Shown here in pieces: positions 25,661 to 37,902 of a stretch of 64,000 bases of DNA. The notes beneath the pieces are model-generated. The model searched no databases, had not been told where the DNA came from, and saw nothing but the letters and a program-made list of their open reading frames with translations. A program made the position numbers and the translations under genes. Position 1 is the first letter of the stretch; each line of letters opens with the position of its first letter. The DNA is from Antedon mediterranea (lineage: Eukaryota > Animalia > Echinodermata). The stretch is taken from the NCBI RefSeq assembly GCF_964355755.1, contig NC_092675.1, forward strand, positions 28,058,912-28,122,911, given 5' to 3'.

Positions 25661-26294
25661 ATGAATATAAACAAATGAAACATTAAACTACAGTTAATCA
25701 AGTTATTTTTCAGAAGATCATGGTATTGGAATAGCTAATATATAAACAATAAATAAGAATTATATTTTATTTACTTCTTGATTGAAGGTTCACATAGAAG
25801 ATCACGTTATTCTGAATGTGAACCTAGCTAGCTATTGGCTTAGAAACGAATCGGCTATCTGACTAATGAAAGGAAGCACCCCAAAATGTTTTACATTTGT
25901 AGTTGATTATACATCAATAATAATTGATTTTCTTGTTTTTCGTGGTATCTTTCAACAGATGCATGATGAGTTTAGTTGAATTTGATGTTTTAAGTGACTG
26001 CTAATTGTGAATACTTCCTATTGTTGCGATGATTTTACTATGCAAAAGTATTGAATTTAAGAAGAAAACATAAGATAATTCTGTTTTATTGTCAGTCATT
26101 ACCTAATATGGTCATTTGAATGTTTTTCCACCTTGTTGCATCTCAGTATTTGTCAGTACATGGAAAATCTATTTTTAATTTGATTTTGTTAATTGTATAT
26201 TGCTGTGTAACACTGCCTTTGTTATTATAACGCCATTCTTTCAGGTTTTTCTAAACAGTGGAAAAACCGTGGGTTATTAGGCAGTGGGTTATTA

Positions 26295-26398
26295 GGCAGA
26301 TCCAAGGGGGAAAAAATAGGACTTTGGATAAAGTTTAGCACTCAGCACCATTTTAAAATCCTGGGCCTTCCTTATTTAAAAATAGTGGATTTGCCACA
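26295..26398. mobile_element. Degenerate hAT-like MITE
   Basis: Inverted ends ggcagatcca / tggatttgcc, related to caggggcagatccag (18547) and ctggatccgcccctg (ending 21811). Confidence 0.35.
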
Positions 26399-27828
26399 GT
26401 TGGTAAATGTAGGCATATTATCCATTTTAACCAGATTTTTTTGTTTCAATCAGAATTGTGGGTTTCGCAGCTGGCCTCATACAATCACACCGTCAATCGA
26501 AGTTTGGTGCAGGTCAGGGTCTTGAACAGTTGGTAGGCACCTTTTGCACTGCATGCTCCGTCGATTAATACTGATTTTTTATAGGTGTTGGTACTGAAAA
26601 TACACCCACATGTGTCCAATTAGAAAACATGTTGGCGAAAAATAATCAAGTCACTCTTCCAGGTGTGTATGTATGAGTCGGCTGTATGTACATCTCCCAG
26701 AAGCTTTATATCGTAATGATGCGAATAGGAACCTTACGTCGAAATTATGGAATTAGTCTGTAGTAATTAAGTACATCGTTCCACTAGCAGGATAATGATT
26801 GTCAGTGTAGGAACGTCTAATGAGCATGGATAGGTGAACTGCCTTTGGGGGGTTCAAACTTTCACTGATCTGGAAGAGTGAACTTGGAGATATCCGGGGA
26901 TTCAGTCAACGAAAAAAAAAGAAATCTACAAATGAATATTAATTATGTTCAGAAGCCTCATTTCTTAAAGCCAATTTGACGTCCTAGAGATTTCAATCAA
27001 TTAAAATTGCCTTGTGTGGTATTTGTTTTATCCATACTAAACAGAATAACAAATTGAATGAATTGTTATTTTATTCTTATATCTATAAAAAGATTTTGCT
27101 TCATTATTTCTTACATTTGCTCTTCAAGTTTGACATAAATTTCATACATCTAAGCTATTTTTCATTCTAATCGGCCACAAGTGTTGCCAAGACCTAACTA
27201 ACCTACAGACACTCCAGTTTGTGCTCCCAAAATCTGCTTAAATTCCACTTAACTAGTTATTTGAAATTTGTCCTGTTTCTGCTTCCACGAAAACAGCCCC
27301 AGATTCTTTCTCAATATAGAAAATACATTCTAAAACTCTGTTCAGCCAAATGTCTGAAAGTAGACTGTCATCTCCAAAATTTAGCATTAAAATCAGTGAA
27401 TCTTAATCAGACAGTATTTTGAAAATCTGCATGATGAAATGTTCTGTGACCTCTCGCTTATTTCAATGTTCATATTTTTTGACATGTGAAAGAGATAACA
27501 AAATAAATGTATGTATTGTTCTTTTCATAGTGAATTTGTCATACAGTATTTGGCCCAGGCGGCAGTCTCTGTCTTCTGTAAAAATTATTTCATTGATGGA
27601 TTAACTTAAATTAGGAGGATGTTGGCATGAATCCCATGATTATTATACCCAGTGACTATTTTGACAACAAGATTTGAGTTTTTAATCTAAATAACACTTG
27701 AAAATGTCATTGTCTGGCGACTATTGTATGCCATTAGTACAAATTACAATTCATGTTGTTTCCAGCAGTGAATGATAGAAGAAGAACATACATGTTGTCT
27801 GTTTAAGACTGTCATAAAACTGTTGATT

Positions 27829-28320
27829 GATTGACAGGAATGATTGTGTATTATAAAGCAGTATGGCGTAATGGCAATGGGTGTTGTACTAGCATTGAGA
27901 GGCATGGGTTCGAGACCTGTCTGTGCCATCATTGCTTGTGTGTCCTTTGGCAAGATTTATCTTATCGCTTTTTACTTTGGATGGGGGATGTAAAGCTGTT
28001 GGTCCTATTTACAATGATTGACAGGAATGAATGTGTATTCATATAAAGCGTAATGGCAATGGATATTGGACTAGCATGTGAGAGGCATGGGTTCGAGACC
28101 TGGCTGTACCATCATTGCTTAGGTGTCTTGGTTTTTCTTCATTCTTATTTCTGTGTCCTTTTGCAAGATTTACCTACTTCATTCTTATTGCTTCATACTT
28201 TGGATGGGACGTAAAGCTGTTCGTCCTGTTTACTTAAACTTGGTACAGTATTCAAAAAGAGTAGGGAATCTTTCGGTGTGGTTGTCATGGTCCTGTACTG
28301 GTCCCTCTGGGAGAACAGTT
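27829..28320 (+). mobile_element. Tandemly duplicated degenerate tRNA-derived SINE (two copies including 5' flank)
   Basis: gattgacaggaatga...gcgtaatggcaatgg...gggttcgagacctg...gtgtcc...gtaaagctgtt occurs from ~27829 and again from ~28016. The second copy continues into ttcaaaaagagtaggg. Confidence 0.75.
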
Positions 28321-29018
28321 TTGTACTAAATAGTTTTTTTAAAGACGTGCTTTTGGAATCAAAACAAAATCCAATATGTATGATTATTGACACTTGTAAA
28401 TGAATAAATAATTATTTTATAATTTTAGGATGTAAAAGGCTATGATCTTGTTACGCATGTTTCTTGAAGACATTATAAAACGACGCTACAAATAGAATCA
28501 TTGAGCTGTAGATCAGAAAAATCAATAAAACGATTATGACAGTAAAGGTGAAAGACAGTAAAACCTATCACACTATAACATGGTTTGTATTTCGTTATAC
28601 ATGTTATCATTGATTGATATCAGCTTTTTATAGGATAGTCATAATTACTACGCATGTCCCCAATTCCGCTGTTGTATGCCCTCAATTACAAAGACCCCGG
28701 GGAAAATGTTGAAGTCATCGTCGGCTACATAGGTACTGCATGCACATGATTTGATGCTTATAGTGTCCCAGAGGTCATATTTTGTTTTATATGTAACAAT
28801 CGGCTCGTGTTGCGTTCATTAAAATGAACATGGTTCATACCAGGTACCGATTTGTTCTTGGAGATCAGTCAACCCCCCGTTGGAACATGGTTCATTTTAC
28901 TACTTGTTATCTTTCCTTCCTAATCATGATGATTTAACAATATCATATTAATTCAGTGTAATAAAAATACTTCATTATATAAACGTTTGTTAATGAATCA
29001 AATCCAGTTTGATACTAA

Positions 29019-29172
29019 AGCTCTGTCTACATTATCAAACTAGTTTGACAATAAAAGTGTGATGTGCCCAAATATGGCAGTGATATGCTTAAATATGGTA
29101 GTGATATGACATCATTATATGAGCCCATCACATTTTTTATCACATAAAGTTTGATACTGTGTTTACAGAGCT
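29019..29172. mobile_element. MITE family A copy 3, TAA target-site duplication
   Basis: taa|agctctgtctacatt...tttacagagct|taa. Confidence 0.88.
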
Positions 29173-30475
29173 TAACATAAAACGCTGGGAATTATTGGAT
29201 AAGGGTTGATCAAATGTGACATAAAATTTTAAATCCTGGTAATTATAATCAGATTGTATTCTCCTTCTCAATCTTGCCCTAAACATTTAATAGTGTAGAA
29301 TTAAAAATAGCCTTGGTTAGTTTTAATTGTTTTTTTAATTTTAAATAATTTGATAATACATAGAAATTAAAATAGCTTTCCATTCTCTTCACAGATTGAC
29401 TGTTTATGCATGAATATCTATAATTTCTTAATAACCAACATCTGAATTAGTTGTTGGTGAAAACTAGTATTTTTCATTGTTTTTTACACATAAAATCAAA
29501 TTACTAAAAACTAAATTTATCGAGAGTCAACCTGTGGTTTCAGACTTTTAGGAAGTAGCGTTTAAATCTCTTAAGTTAAACGAATTAATTAATTTGAGTT
29601 GTTTTCGCCGACTTGTTAAATTACGTTATTAACCATGATCACCTTTGTCAATAATAGAGGTTAAATGGAACCACTGTCCTAGTTCAATGCCCTAGAAAAA
29701 AAACAAAGTCATTTGATCAAATAAAAAAATACTAAAATACATTTATTTATTTTTCATTTTGCATCTTAATGCTATTGATTCCTTTATTTCATTACCATAC
29801 TTTTTTTATTCAATTTTGAGCAATTTTTTTTTGTGCTGATAATTTAAAGTTCATTTAAAAATGTAAGCACATTGTTGTCTATGGTGTAAATTTAGTGCCC
29901 AACACATTAGTGGAAAACACTACTGTATAAATGGTGAAAATGATTTTATTTATTTTTGTTTTTATTTTTACTGCCATTTGGACAACTGATAAATTATATA
30001 GTTGATTTTAATTATATAAATTTTAACCTAGTAAATGCCCTCTTCAACCTGCTTGTTGACATTATTCCACATATTGTGACAAATGATGAAACCTCATCTC
30101 TGTCAGCAAAAACTGATTTGGATGACATCCAAACATGTAGGGAGGTGATTTCTTGGTCGAATAATTTTCCGCAGTTGTCGCCCAGCTGGTTTTGATGAGT
30201 GTTCGCACACAGTGACACGCTGCTTACCAGATAAACTGCTTTTGCTGATTATATTTGAAAATGCTTACAAGCTTTTGGTTGTATATTATTTCTGAGATAC
30301 TCCCAAGTTTCATATCCCTCCCTTGACTCCCCTGTAGCGGCAAAAAGACCTTGATTTGGTGATGTAAGTTTATTCAGGTGACAGACTGCTCTACCTAAAC
30401 TGTTTTTGACGCGTCTTCTCAAAGCTATGCTTTAGTGAGAGCTAAATGATATACAGTAATAATTTAAAAGATATA

Positions 30476-30680
30476 GGACTAGAATGTGATGAACATTGGT
30501 TCGAGACATGTCTGTGCCACCATATTGCCACGTCTTAGGCAAGGTTCCTTTCTCTTTTTGTCGTCCTTCGTATTGGGTGTAAAGATGTTGGTCCCATGTA
30601 CATACAATACAAAGCACAATAAAAAGAACTTGTTACACTATTCAAAAAGAATAGGGGATCATCTCCTGTTGTGCTGATCA
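30476..30680 (+). mobile_element. Degenerate tRNA-derived SINE with Deu-like core
   Basis: B box ggttcgagac, then gtaaagatgttggtccc...aaagaac...cactattcaaaaagaatagggg. Same family as the copies at 27.9-28.3 kb. Confidence 0.65.
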
Positions 30681-31949
30681 TAGTTGGAGCGGCAGTATAG
30701 ATAACTTAATCCAAATTAATATTCAAATTTACCACAGATTAATATTGTATCTCTATTTTCATGTAACTATTAATTACTGATGTTATTTTGGAGTTTGTAA
30801 TCTTTTTTCCAATTTTCTACAGTTATTTTGAATGTTCACAAGTACACACATTTAATAAATCACTCACCATGTAAATGTGATTTTTTTAAAACTTTTTTTT
30901 AATAGTTTTGTTATTGCCTTTCATACTAAACTTTACAATCTTCATCAACCTACATAAGAATCATATGACATAATTCTCAACCTACACTTAAAACTAGTTC
31001 AAAATACAAGTTATTTGTGGTTTGCGAGAATTAACTAGGTTATCCTGACACAGTATGGATAATGTAATTCAATTCAATAATGAAGCTATTGCATCCAGCA
31101 TATCTCCCACATTTGAGCTGGGTCATGTGTCCCCATATTAAAATTATTTGCTGTTGATATTTTGCATTTAAACATGTCTTGTTTTTACAGAGAAATAACA
31201 GTTTTGGATTATGAGGCTGGGAAATAACATCTATTGTAAGATTTGTACGTTTTTTTCTTTTTATTTGGTTTCCCTTCATCAAACCTTCATTAAGTTCTGT
31301 CTGTAACATATTATTTTTTTTGTTTACACCTGAAAGTATCCTTGCCATTCGATTGGTTAAATACACATCACATGCCATTCGGTAGTTCTGCCTAATGTAA
31401 AAGTGATAATTATCGTGAAAATTCCATGTGAAGCTTTTTTACAATTAGAAACGAATTTAGGGAAAAAGACTTGAAAGATTAAATGTCCTATTTAACCTGG
31501 CTCCACCTCATTAAATAAATAGTCAACTTATGAAATATTTTTACTATTCAACTCATAAAAATTCATTATTTTTACTTTCACATGATGTAATTTTTAGTAA
31601 CATGTAATAATTTAATATTTCAGGATCACGTTTGACTCAATGTTTTTAGATTTGAGAAATTGAATTTCATGTCTACATTTTGCTGTCTGGTTTAGTGAAC
31701 CCAAAAATTGATGGTAAGTTTTCATAATGTCCGCTCAAATTCCATAAATCCCTCTGGTAAATTCCGCCCTATAGTAATGTCCCAAATGAAATTTACCTAT
31801 TCTGTTAAATTACGTCAGCAATTTCGGGCAATATCCATTGCACACCTGGTAAAAATATCTGCCAATTTACCTGCTGAACTCTAGTAACGCTGCAGGGGGT
31901 GAATTTGCAGCTTTTCCCGTCACCTATATTAAAAGTATACTAAGTTCAA

Positions 31950-32180
31950 CTCTTTCATTAATTTATTCGTGACCACTTGGGAATACAGGTGAGTTCATCT
32001 ATTGTTATTAATTTATTCATAGACACCTGGGATTACAAAGTTATAATTTTTTTTATTAATTTATTCATATTGACCTTTTGTCTAGGTGAGTTGCAAATTT
32101 TTTAATCAATTTTTTTATCAGGCATTTTTTAACACCGATGATTTGCATATTTATATTAATTTATTGTAAGTCACCTGTGA
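31950..32180. repeat. Diverged ~50-60 bp tandem repeat (attaatttattc...cacctggg/aggtgagtt)
   Basis: attaatttatt recurs four times with cacctg/aggtgag motifs between. Confidence 0.55.
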
Positions 32181-32201
32181 AATTCCATCATTTTTCATAA
32201 C

Positions 32202-32760
32202 TTTTTATTTGTAACTTTATTGTTATCATCAGTGGTAAATTAATTATCTGGGGTTTTTCCCAATTTAATTGATATTGTTTAGTCTGTATAAAAAATACTG
32301 TCTGAACTCAACTCATGAAGATTGGGAACATCTATGTAACTGGGTCTATAGTATTAATTTCCTAAATAATAACTTAGAAGAAAAAAGAACTGTTTACTCT
32401 TCTGAACTTTTTTCTTACTGACCGTGCCCCCCCCCCCCCCCCCCCTTCAAGACAAGTATACGCTTATTATTTTGTACGATTATTATTTTAATAATTTTTT
32501 TATTTGTAACTGTTGTTATATTATCAGTCTTAACTTTACTTAGAGTTTTCCACAATTTAATTGACATTGTTTAATCTGTGAATAACTTAACTGTCTTAAT
32601 TTATATTGTTTATTCTGTAAAAAATACTGTCTAAAAATGGAAGATAAATCATGAAGATTGGAAACATCTATAGTATTAATTTCCTAAATAACCTGGAAGA
32701 ACAGTTTTTTTCATCTTTGGCACTTCTTCCTTTAATACTGACAATACCACACCCTTATCC
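32202..32760. repeat. Old ~295-bp tandem duplication
   Basis: tttatttgtaact...caatttaattga...aaaaatactgtct...tcatgaagattgg..acatct...tatagtattaatttcctaaataa occurs from ~32202 and again from ~32497. Confidence 0.75.
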
Positions 32761-32771
32761 CCTGGTTCTTA

Positions 32772-32898
32772 AGCTCTGTCTGCACTATCAAACAAAAAAA
32801 CGTGATGTGCCCATATATGGACATGATGATGTCATATCACTATCATATTTGGGCACATTTTTTTTTTATCAAACTAGCTTGATAGTGTAGACAGAGCT
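32772..32898. mobile_element. MITE family A copy 4, TTA target-site duplication
   Basis: tta|agctctgtctgcacta...tagtgtagacagagct|tta. Confidence 0.88.
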
Positions 32899-33781
32899 TT
32901 AGAGTATGTTGATTTCAAGATCATATTGGGATTTGAACTTATTACCTACAGTCTTGATAATATACCATTTTAGCTAAACTAGTGAGCCCAAGATTGTCTT
33001 TCACCTGTACTCACTTGTTAAAAGCAGGTGATGGTAACTAATTTATTCGTACCTTACCTTTTCAGGTGAGTTGCAGTTTTTTGTTTGTTGATCCCCAGTC
33101 TCATGGGAGAGCTTGTACATTTCTCTCGTCATTGTTGACTGCTTGTAAACCTAATTTGTTAAAACTTGATATGCTTTGTTTTGCCAGACAGCTACCTTTG
33201 TTACCTGTCTAGATATTCAATTTGTTGGTAATACATTTGTTACTTATTTTTGTCTTTGAAATATTTTTTATTTGTCAGAAAAGTATGACATACTTTACGG
33301 GCTGGCATTTTCCATCTTTTTTCTTAAGTCGAAATAGTTTTAATTTCTTCATACTGAGGCTTTATTTTTCAAAATTAATTCAAGTTATTGTCAGAAAATG
33401 GAATTCATCATCTAAAAGTTAAACAAGAACAAATTTGAATTTGAACTTAAGCAAATTTATTGAATTGAAAACAAAATTATGATAGCTTTTTTGGCTAAGC
33501 ATGTTTGATATTAAATCTAACCCATGGTTTTCAAAAAAAGAATTTAATGACAGTGTAAAGTTGACACAACATAGAGTAATATCTAGGTCTACTGGACTAT
33601 CTGAAGTTTAGTTATGAAGCGCATGCTTAGTTAATCATATTTTTATGGCCAGGAATATGTTGAATTTGAACATAAGATAAAAGGATCACAATAAAACATA
33701 TAAATACAGAATGAAACAATTATAAAGAAACACAAAAAAATAAGTTTACTCTTACATAATTATTCTAAATTAACAGTATAA

Positions 33782-34042
33782 GCTATAAGCAATAAGCTAT
33801 TATTTCAGCAACACTACCAATATAAAATTTCAAGGAAGACCGAGAACCACCCTACCAATAACTCTCAGCAACGACCTACTCACCCTTTATAAGCATAACA
33901 CAGACATTAAGTATCCCGGACAATTGAAAACCAAGAAAGACATGAAACAACTTAAAGAACTAGCCACTGAAAGATCAGACTGGAAGAAACTGGTAAAAGA
34001 GATTTACGAAGCAGCGGAAAGGCAGTAATAATAATATAATAA
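33782..34042 (+). mobile_element. 5'-truncated RTE-type LINE insertion with 11-bp TSD
   Basis: The open frame AISYYFSNTTNIKFQGRPRTTLPITLSNDL...LKTKKDMKQLKELATERSDWKKLVKEIYEAAERQ* fits the RTE C-terminal GRP...A..R..W pattern. It has a (TAA)n tail and is flanked by taacagtataa at 33771-33781 and 34043-34053. Confidence 0.85.
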
Positions 34043-35206
34043 TAACAGTATAATTTGGACACATCTTAGTTAAAAACAATACTTTGGGGGTTTTTTCCTG
34101 TTTCTTTCACATTTTTTTTATTATCTATTTTGGATTCTTTTGATACAATAGGCCTGATTTGGATAATAAAAATATTAACATAAAATATAATAAAATAAAT
34201 AATCAATAATCATAAAATATTAACTCATTTAAAAATTTTGCCTTTTTGTGTGTTTTCACTCTTTTATAACAGCATATTGTTCATATTAATCTAAATGTAA
34301 TCTGCTAATTAGGAACCAGGGGGACTGAATGACCCAAAATAATACAGCATCTGACATTCCTTTTAAAAAAGGTATGATAATGCAAATTTGAACATATGGA
34401 ATTAAGACTGCGTCAACTTATTACAGTGCTATTAACATTATGTGTAGGCTGGCATATTTCCTAAGATAAGAAAACAAAATCTCCACGATGTAGGCTTCAT
34501 ATGGATTTTGAATTTGGTATGCTGCCAAGTTCCGCAGGGGGTTGACTGCAATATGCAGGGGGAGAAGTTTGTTTTTCCTGGATAGGTTGCATTGCAATAT
34601 GATTTGGTAGGCCTACAGATGGAATTCAACATTGTGTGTGTGCATGTTACTTACTTTAACAGTATAACTCTGTGTAATGTATCTATACATAAAGTTATTT
34701 TTGTACAGTGTTTTTACCAGGGATGGCAAAAGCTTGCAACAACTGGTCTCCCTTGGGGGACTGGGTGCTAAAAATGTTTGAATACACCTGGAGACTCGTG
34801 CTTTAAATTGATACAGATATGAAGATGATTCAGTGTGTTTTCTCAACATGTTCAATATAAAGTGTAAAATGTAATATAAATATCGCTGCAAAAAAACAAA
34901 ACAAATAGATTTCTTAAAGGTTGTACGAATATTCCAAATCTGAAAGAAGTCTTTCTATATATTAGTATTAATCACTATTATAAAACATAATGTTGAATCT
35001 ATGCTCACATCCTACAAAATTATGCTTGTATTCTATTCATGTGCAAGGGTAAGACTGAATCACAATCAGAGAGTTTAATATTCTAGATAACAATTTGACT
35101 TAATGTTCATGCAAAATTGTTGGAAAACATGACATGCCATACTTACTGGAGCTGAACTCGTTTAAAAACTAAACATTTATTGATGGCGCTTGTAAACTGA
35201 TCCTAA

Positions 35207-35355
35207 AGCCCTGTCTATAACTTTATGTGACAAACAAATGTGATGTACCCATATATGGACATAATGATGTTATATCACTACCATATGTGATTATATCACT
35301 ACCATTTTTGGGCAAGCCACACTTGTTTGGTCAAACTAGTTTAATAGTGTAGACA
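35207..35355. mobile_element. MITE family A copy 5 (diverged)
   Basis: agccctgtcta...gtgatgtaccc...tagtgtagaca. Confidence 0.8.
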
Positions 35356-36608
35356 ATGTGAAAAGAAACAATTGCTCCTAGAGGCAGTCTAAGAGTACCA
35401 GATTAATGTACAATAACAATACAAGAGTTATACATCAATGAAGTGGCGTGCTCATCAACACAGAAACTGCAATTGTCGAAAAAAAATATATTTTTGTATA
35501 AATGATTAAAACTATGCTTTGTATCTTACCTTATATCAAACAGTGCCCTCAATGTTGGGTTTAGAACTTGAGAGTCTAAAGAAGATTCTATGAAAGAATT
35601 GTTTTGGAGAAAACGTGAAGATAAAAAGATATATATTAGAATGTGATAAATAAAATAATGAGTCAATGTGTACAAAAATTAAGTTTATTCTCTCAGGGGT
35701 AGGGATTGCATTTTCAGTGATGGGGCGTCCTGTATTTAATCTGATTAGTATGAAGGTCAAAAAAGTAATGACAATTAGAAAAAAATTATCTGGTCATATG
35801 ACCCCATGTATTGGATGATCTTGTAAAAAATACACATATGCCAATCATTCTGTGACCTAGTTAATACAATGGGTTGCTTGCTGAACTAACATGAAAAACG
35901 ATGATCGAGTATCTCGATACACAGTCGTTGTGTTCTGCATGTCACGTGCCTCACATACCGAGCTGTTTACGATAATCCCTGAAACGTTGTCAATTGCCCA
36001 TGTAACGGATTATCGGCGCTAATTTTGTGCTGACAGTGTTTTGAGATTGTTTAGCGCTATCCACCTGCCCCGAGCCTTCCTATAAACTTGTTCTTATCTG
36101 TGAATCAGTCAGGTTTTTTTTTTCACGCTTCGACAAGTGGAACATGCTTTATTTCCTGTATCACACATTTGATCTAGTTTTATATTATCTCAAATTTAAA
36201 ATGTTTAAACTTTGGTTGTTGTTAACCACTACGCTTCCTTCAAAGTGTGTATGTAGTTTGTTGCTTTGGAAAGAAATAGTCCATTTAATTAACGATTAAA
36301 TTGACCTAACTTTGAGTCCGACATTGTATAATAGAATACGCTTTTTCTCACTCAACCTCCTGTGAGTTTTGTCCCGAACAATTTGGCTATTACTTTATTT
36401 TATGCATGTGTTTTTTTGGTCTTGTTTAAAAAAATAGTATGGTATGTGTGCATAGTATGTATAATACACTAGTTACATTTTAGATAGTCAAACAATTATT
36501 TCAACTTTTTAACTTTGAATATATATACCCAACTAACTTCTACTTCTGATTGGTCAGATGTTTGCCCTACTGTGATGTGTACTCCATACTAAGTACCATA
36601 TGAGAATA

Positions 36609-36742
36609 CAGTGGTGTAGCCACAATAAATAAAGTGGTGCGGTTTTTCGCAATTTCTGTTCAAGCTACTGGGTTGTCAAAGGCCTGTGTGAAAAAGTGGT
36701 CAGGTTGGAACTTTGCCAACTGTACTGGTGGCTACGGCCCTG
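36609..36742. mobile_element. Short TIR element (hAT-like termini)
   Basis: cagtggtgtagccac...gtggctacggccctg. The flanks share gaata, but there is no clean 8-bp TSD. Confidence 0.55.
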
Positions 36743-37601
36743 GAATACTTGCGAAAATCAGTAAATTTTGGGTGATTCTCGATAGCTACTTTGTAGTAAT
36801 ATACAATTACTTCTTGTTTGCTACTACTGTACTAGCATTTTAAAGTTACATTGTTTGTTTACTTTTTTGCCATGTTTCACTTTCTCTTTTTTCAAAAGAC
36901 CCCCAATAAAATGACAATAATTGTACTTACCTTATTATATATAATTGTGATGCTTTTCTTCCTTATATCTATATTTTTTAATTTATACTAACAAATATCT
37001 TTTTTATTAATATAATAATAATAATATATCAAAAATTTATTAAATAATATTCATCGCATAATATGCAATCTACGATAATTTAATTATTTGATATAACAAA
37101 TTTATTAAATACATAACATCATTGGAATAAAAAGAACAAATCACATATCTACACATAATCATAACATCGTATACTCTATCTCTAACAATTTATTCAATCT
37201 TCTATCGACTAAAGCCGAAGTATAGTCGTTATCTCGGGACCGTTCTATGGCCACCACCAGGTAGGCTTACTTCATTAAGGCTTCTATGAATGGATGTACT
37301 GGTTGGGAGCAGGAACGCTAGTAGACCAAACCCAGTACCGTTTTGATTACGATCAATCGGGAAATTACCTCATGACGTTGAAACTAATAAAGTTCAGGAA
37401 CAAATGAAAGAGAAACATAAAAGACTAAAAACTTTCTTTTACATTTTGACATAATTTTTCTTGAACTTCTTACATTTTAACACGAAAATAGATTTCCTCA
37501 TTAGCAAGATTATATATCATTTTGTGTTCCTAAATTTCTATTGTATTAGTATGTTGGAATATGATTATTTGAAGGAAACTTTTGTTACAATGAAATAGTA
37601 T

Positions 37602-37902
37602 ACAAATAATGAATGTTTATGAGTGCAATGGTACAAATAATGGCACGAGGTGAATGATGAAAGGTTATATCAACGAGGCAAAGCCGAGTTGATATAACCT
37701 TTCATCATTCACCAAGTGCCATTATTTGTACCATTACACGAATACAAAACATTCATTATTTGTTTTATATAACATCTAAATAACAAACAAAAATGTTTCA
37801 AAAAGTACTATTTAACGATCGTTGAATAGTGCGTACTATTGCACGCCATGTGACCCACATTCGTCCAATCAAATGACAGGAATTTATATAGGTGTTATAT
37901 AA
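37602..37902. mobile_element. Palindromic (fold-back) element: ~160-bp hairpin plus a second inverted repeat
   Basis: 37602-37763 folds around a gaggcaaagccgag centre. ttatataacatcta (37765) pairs with taggtgttatataa (37889-37902). Confidence 0.75.

Noticed and set aside
29956-30218. Overlapping 79-aa and 68-aa ORFs
   Set aside because: No recognisable domain and no compatible splice-site pair.
32427-32445. Poly-C run (also ~22774-22786) as a functional G-quadruplex
   Set aside because: These are simple homopolymers with unreliable length and no supporting context.
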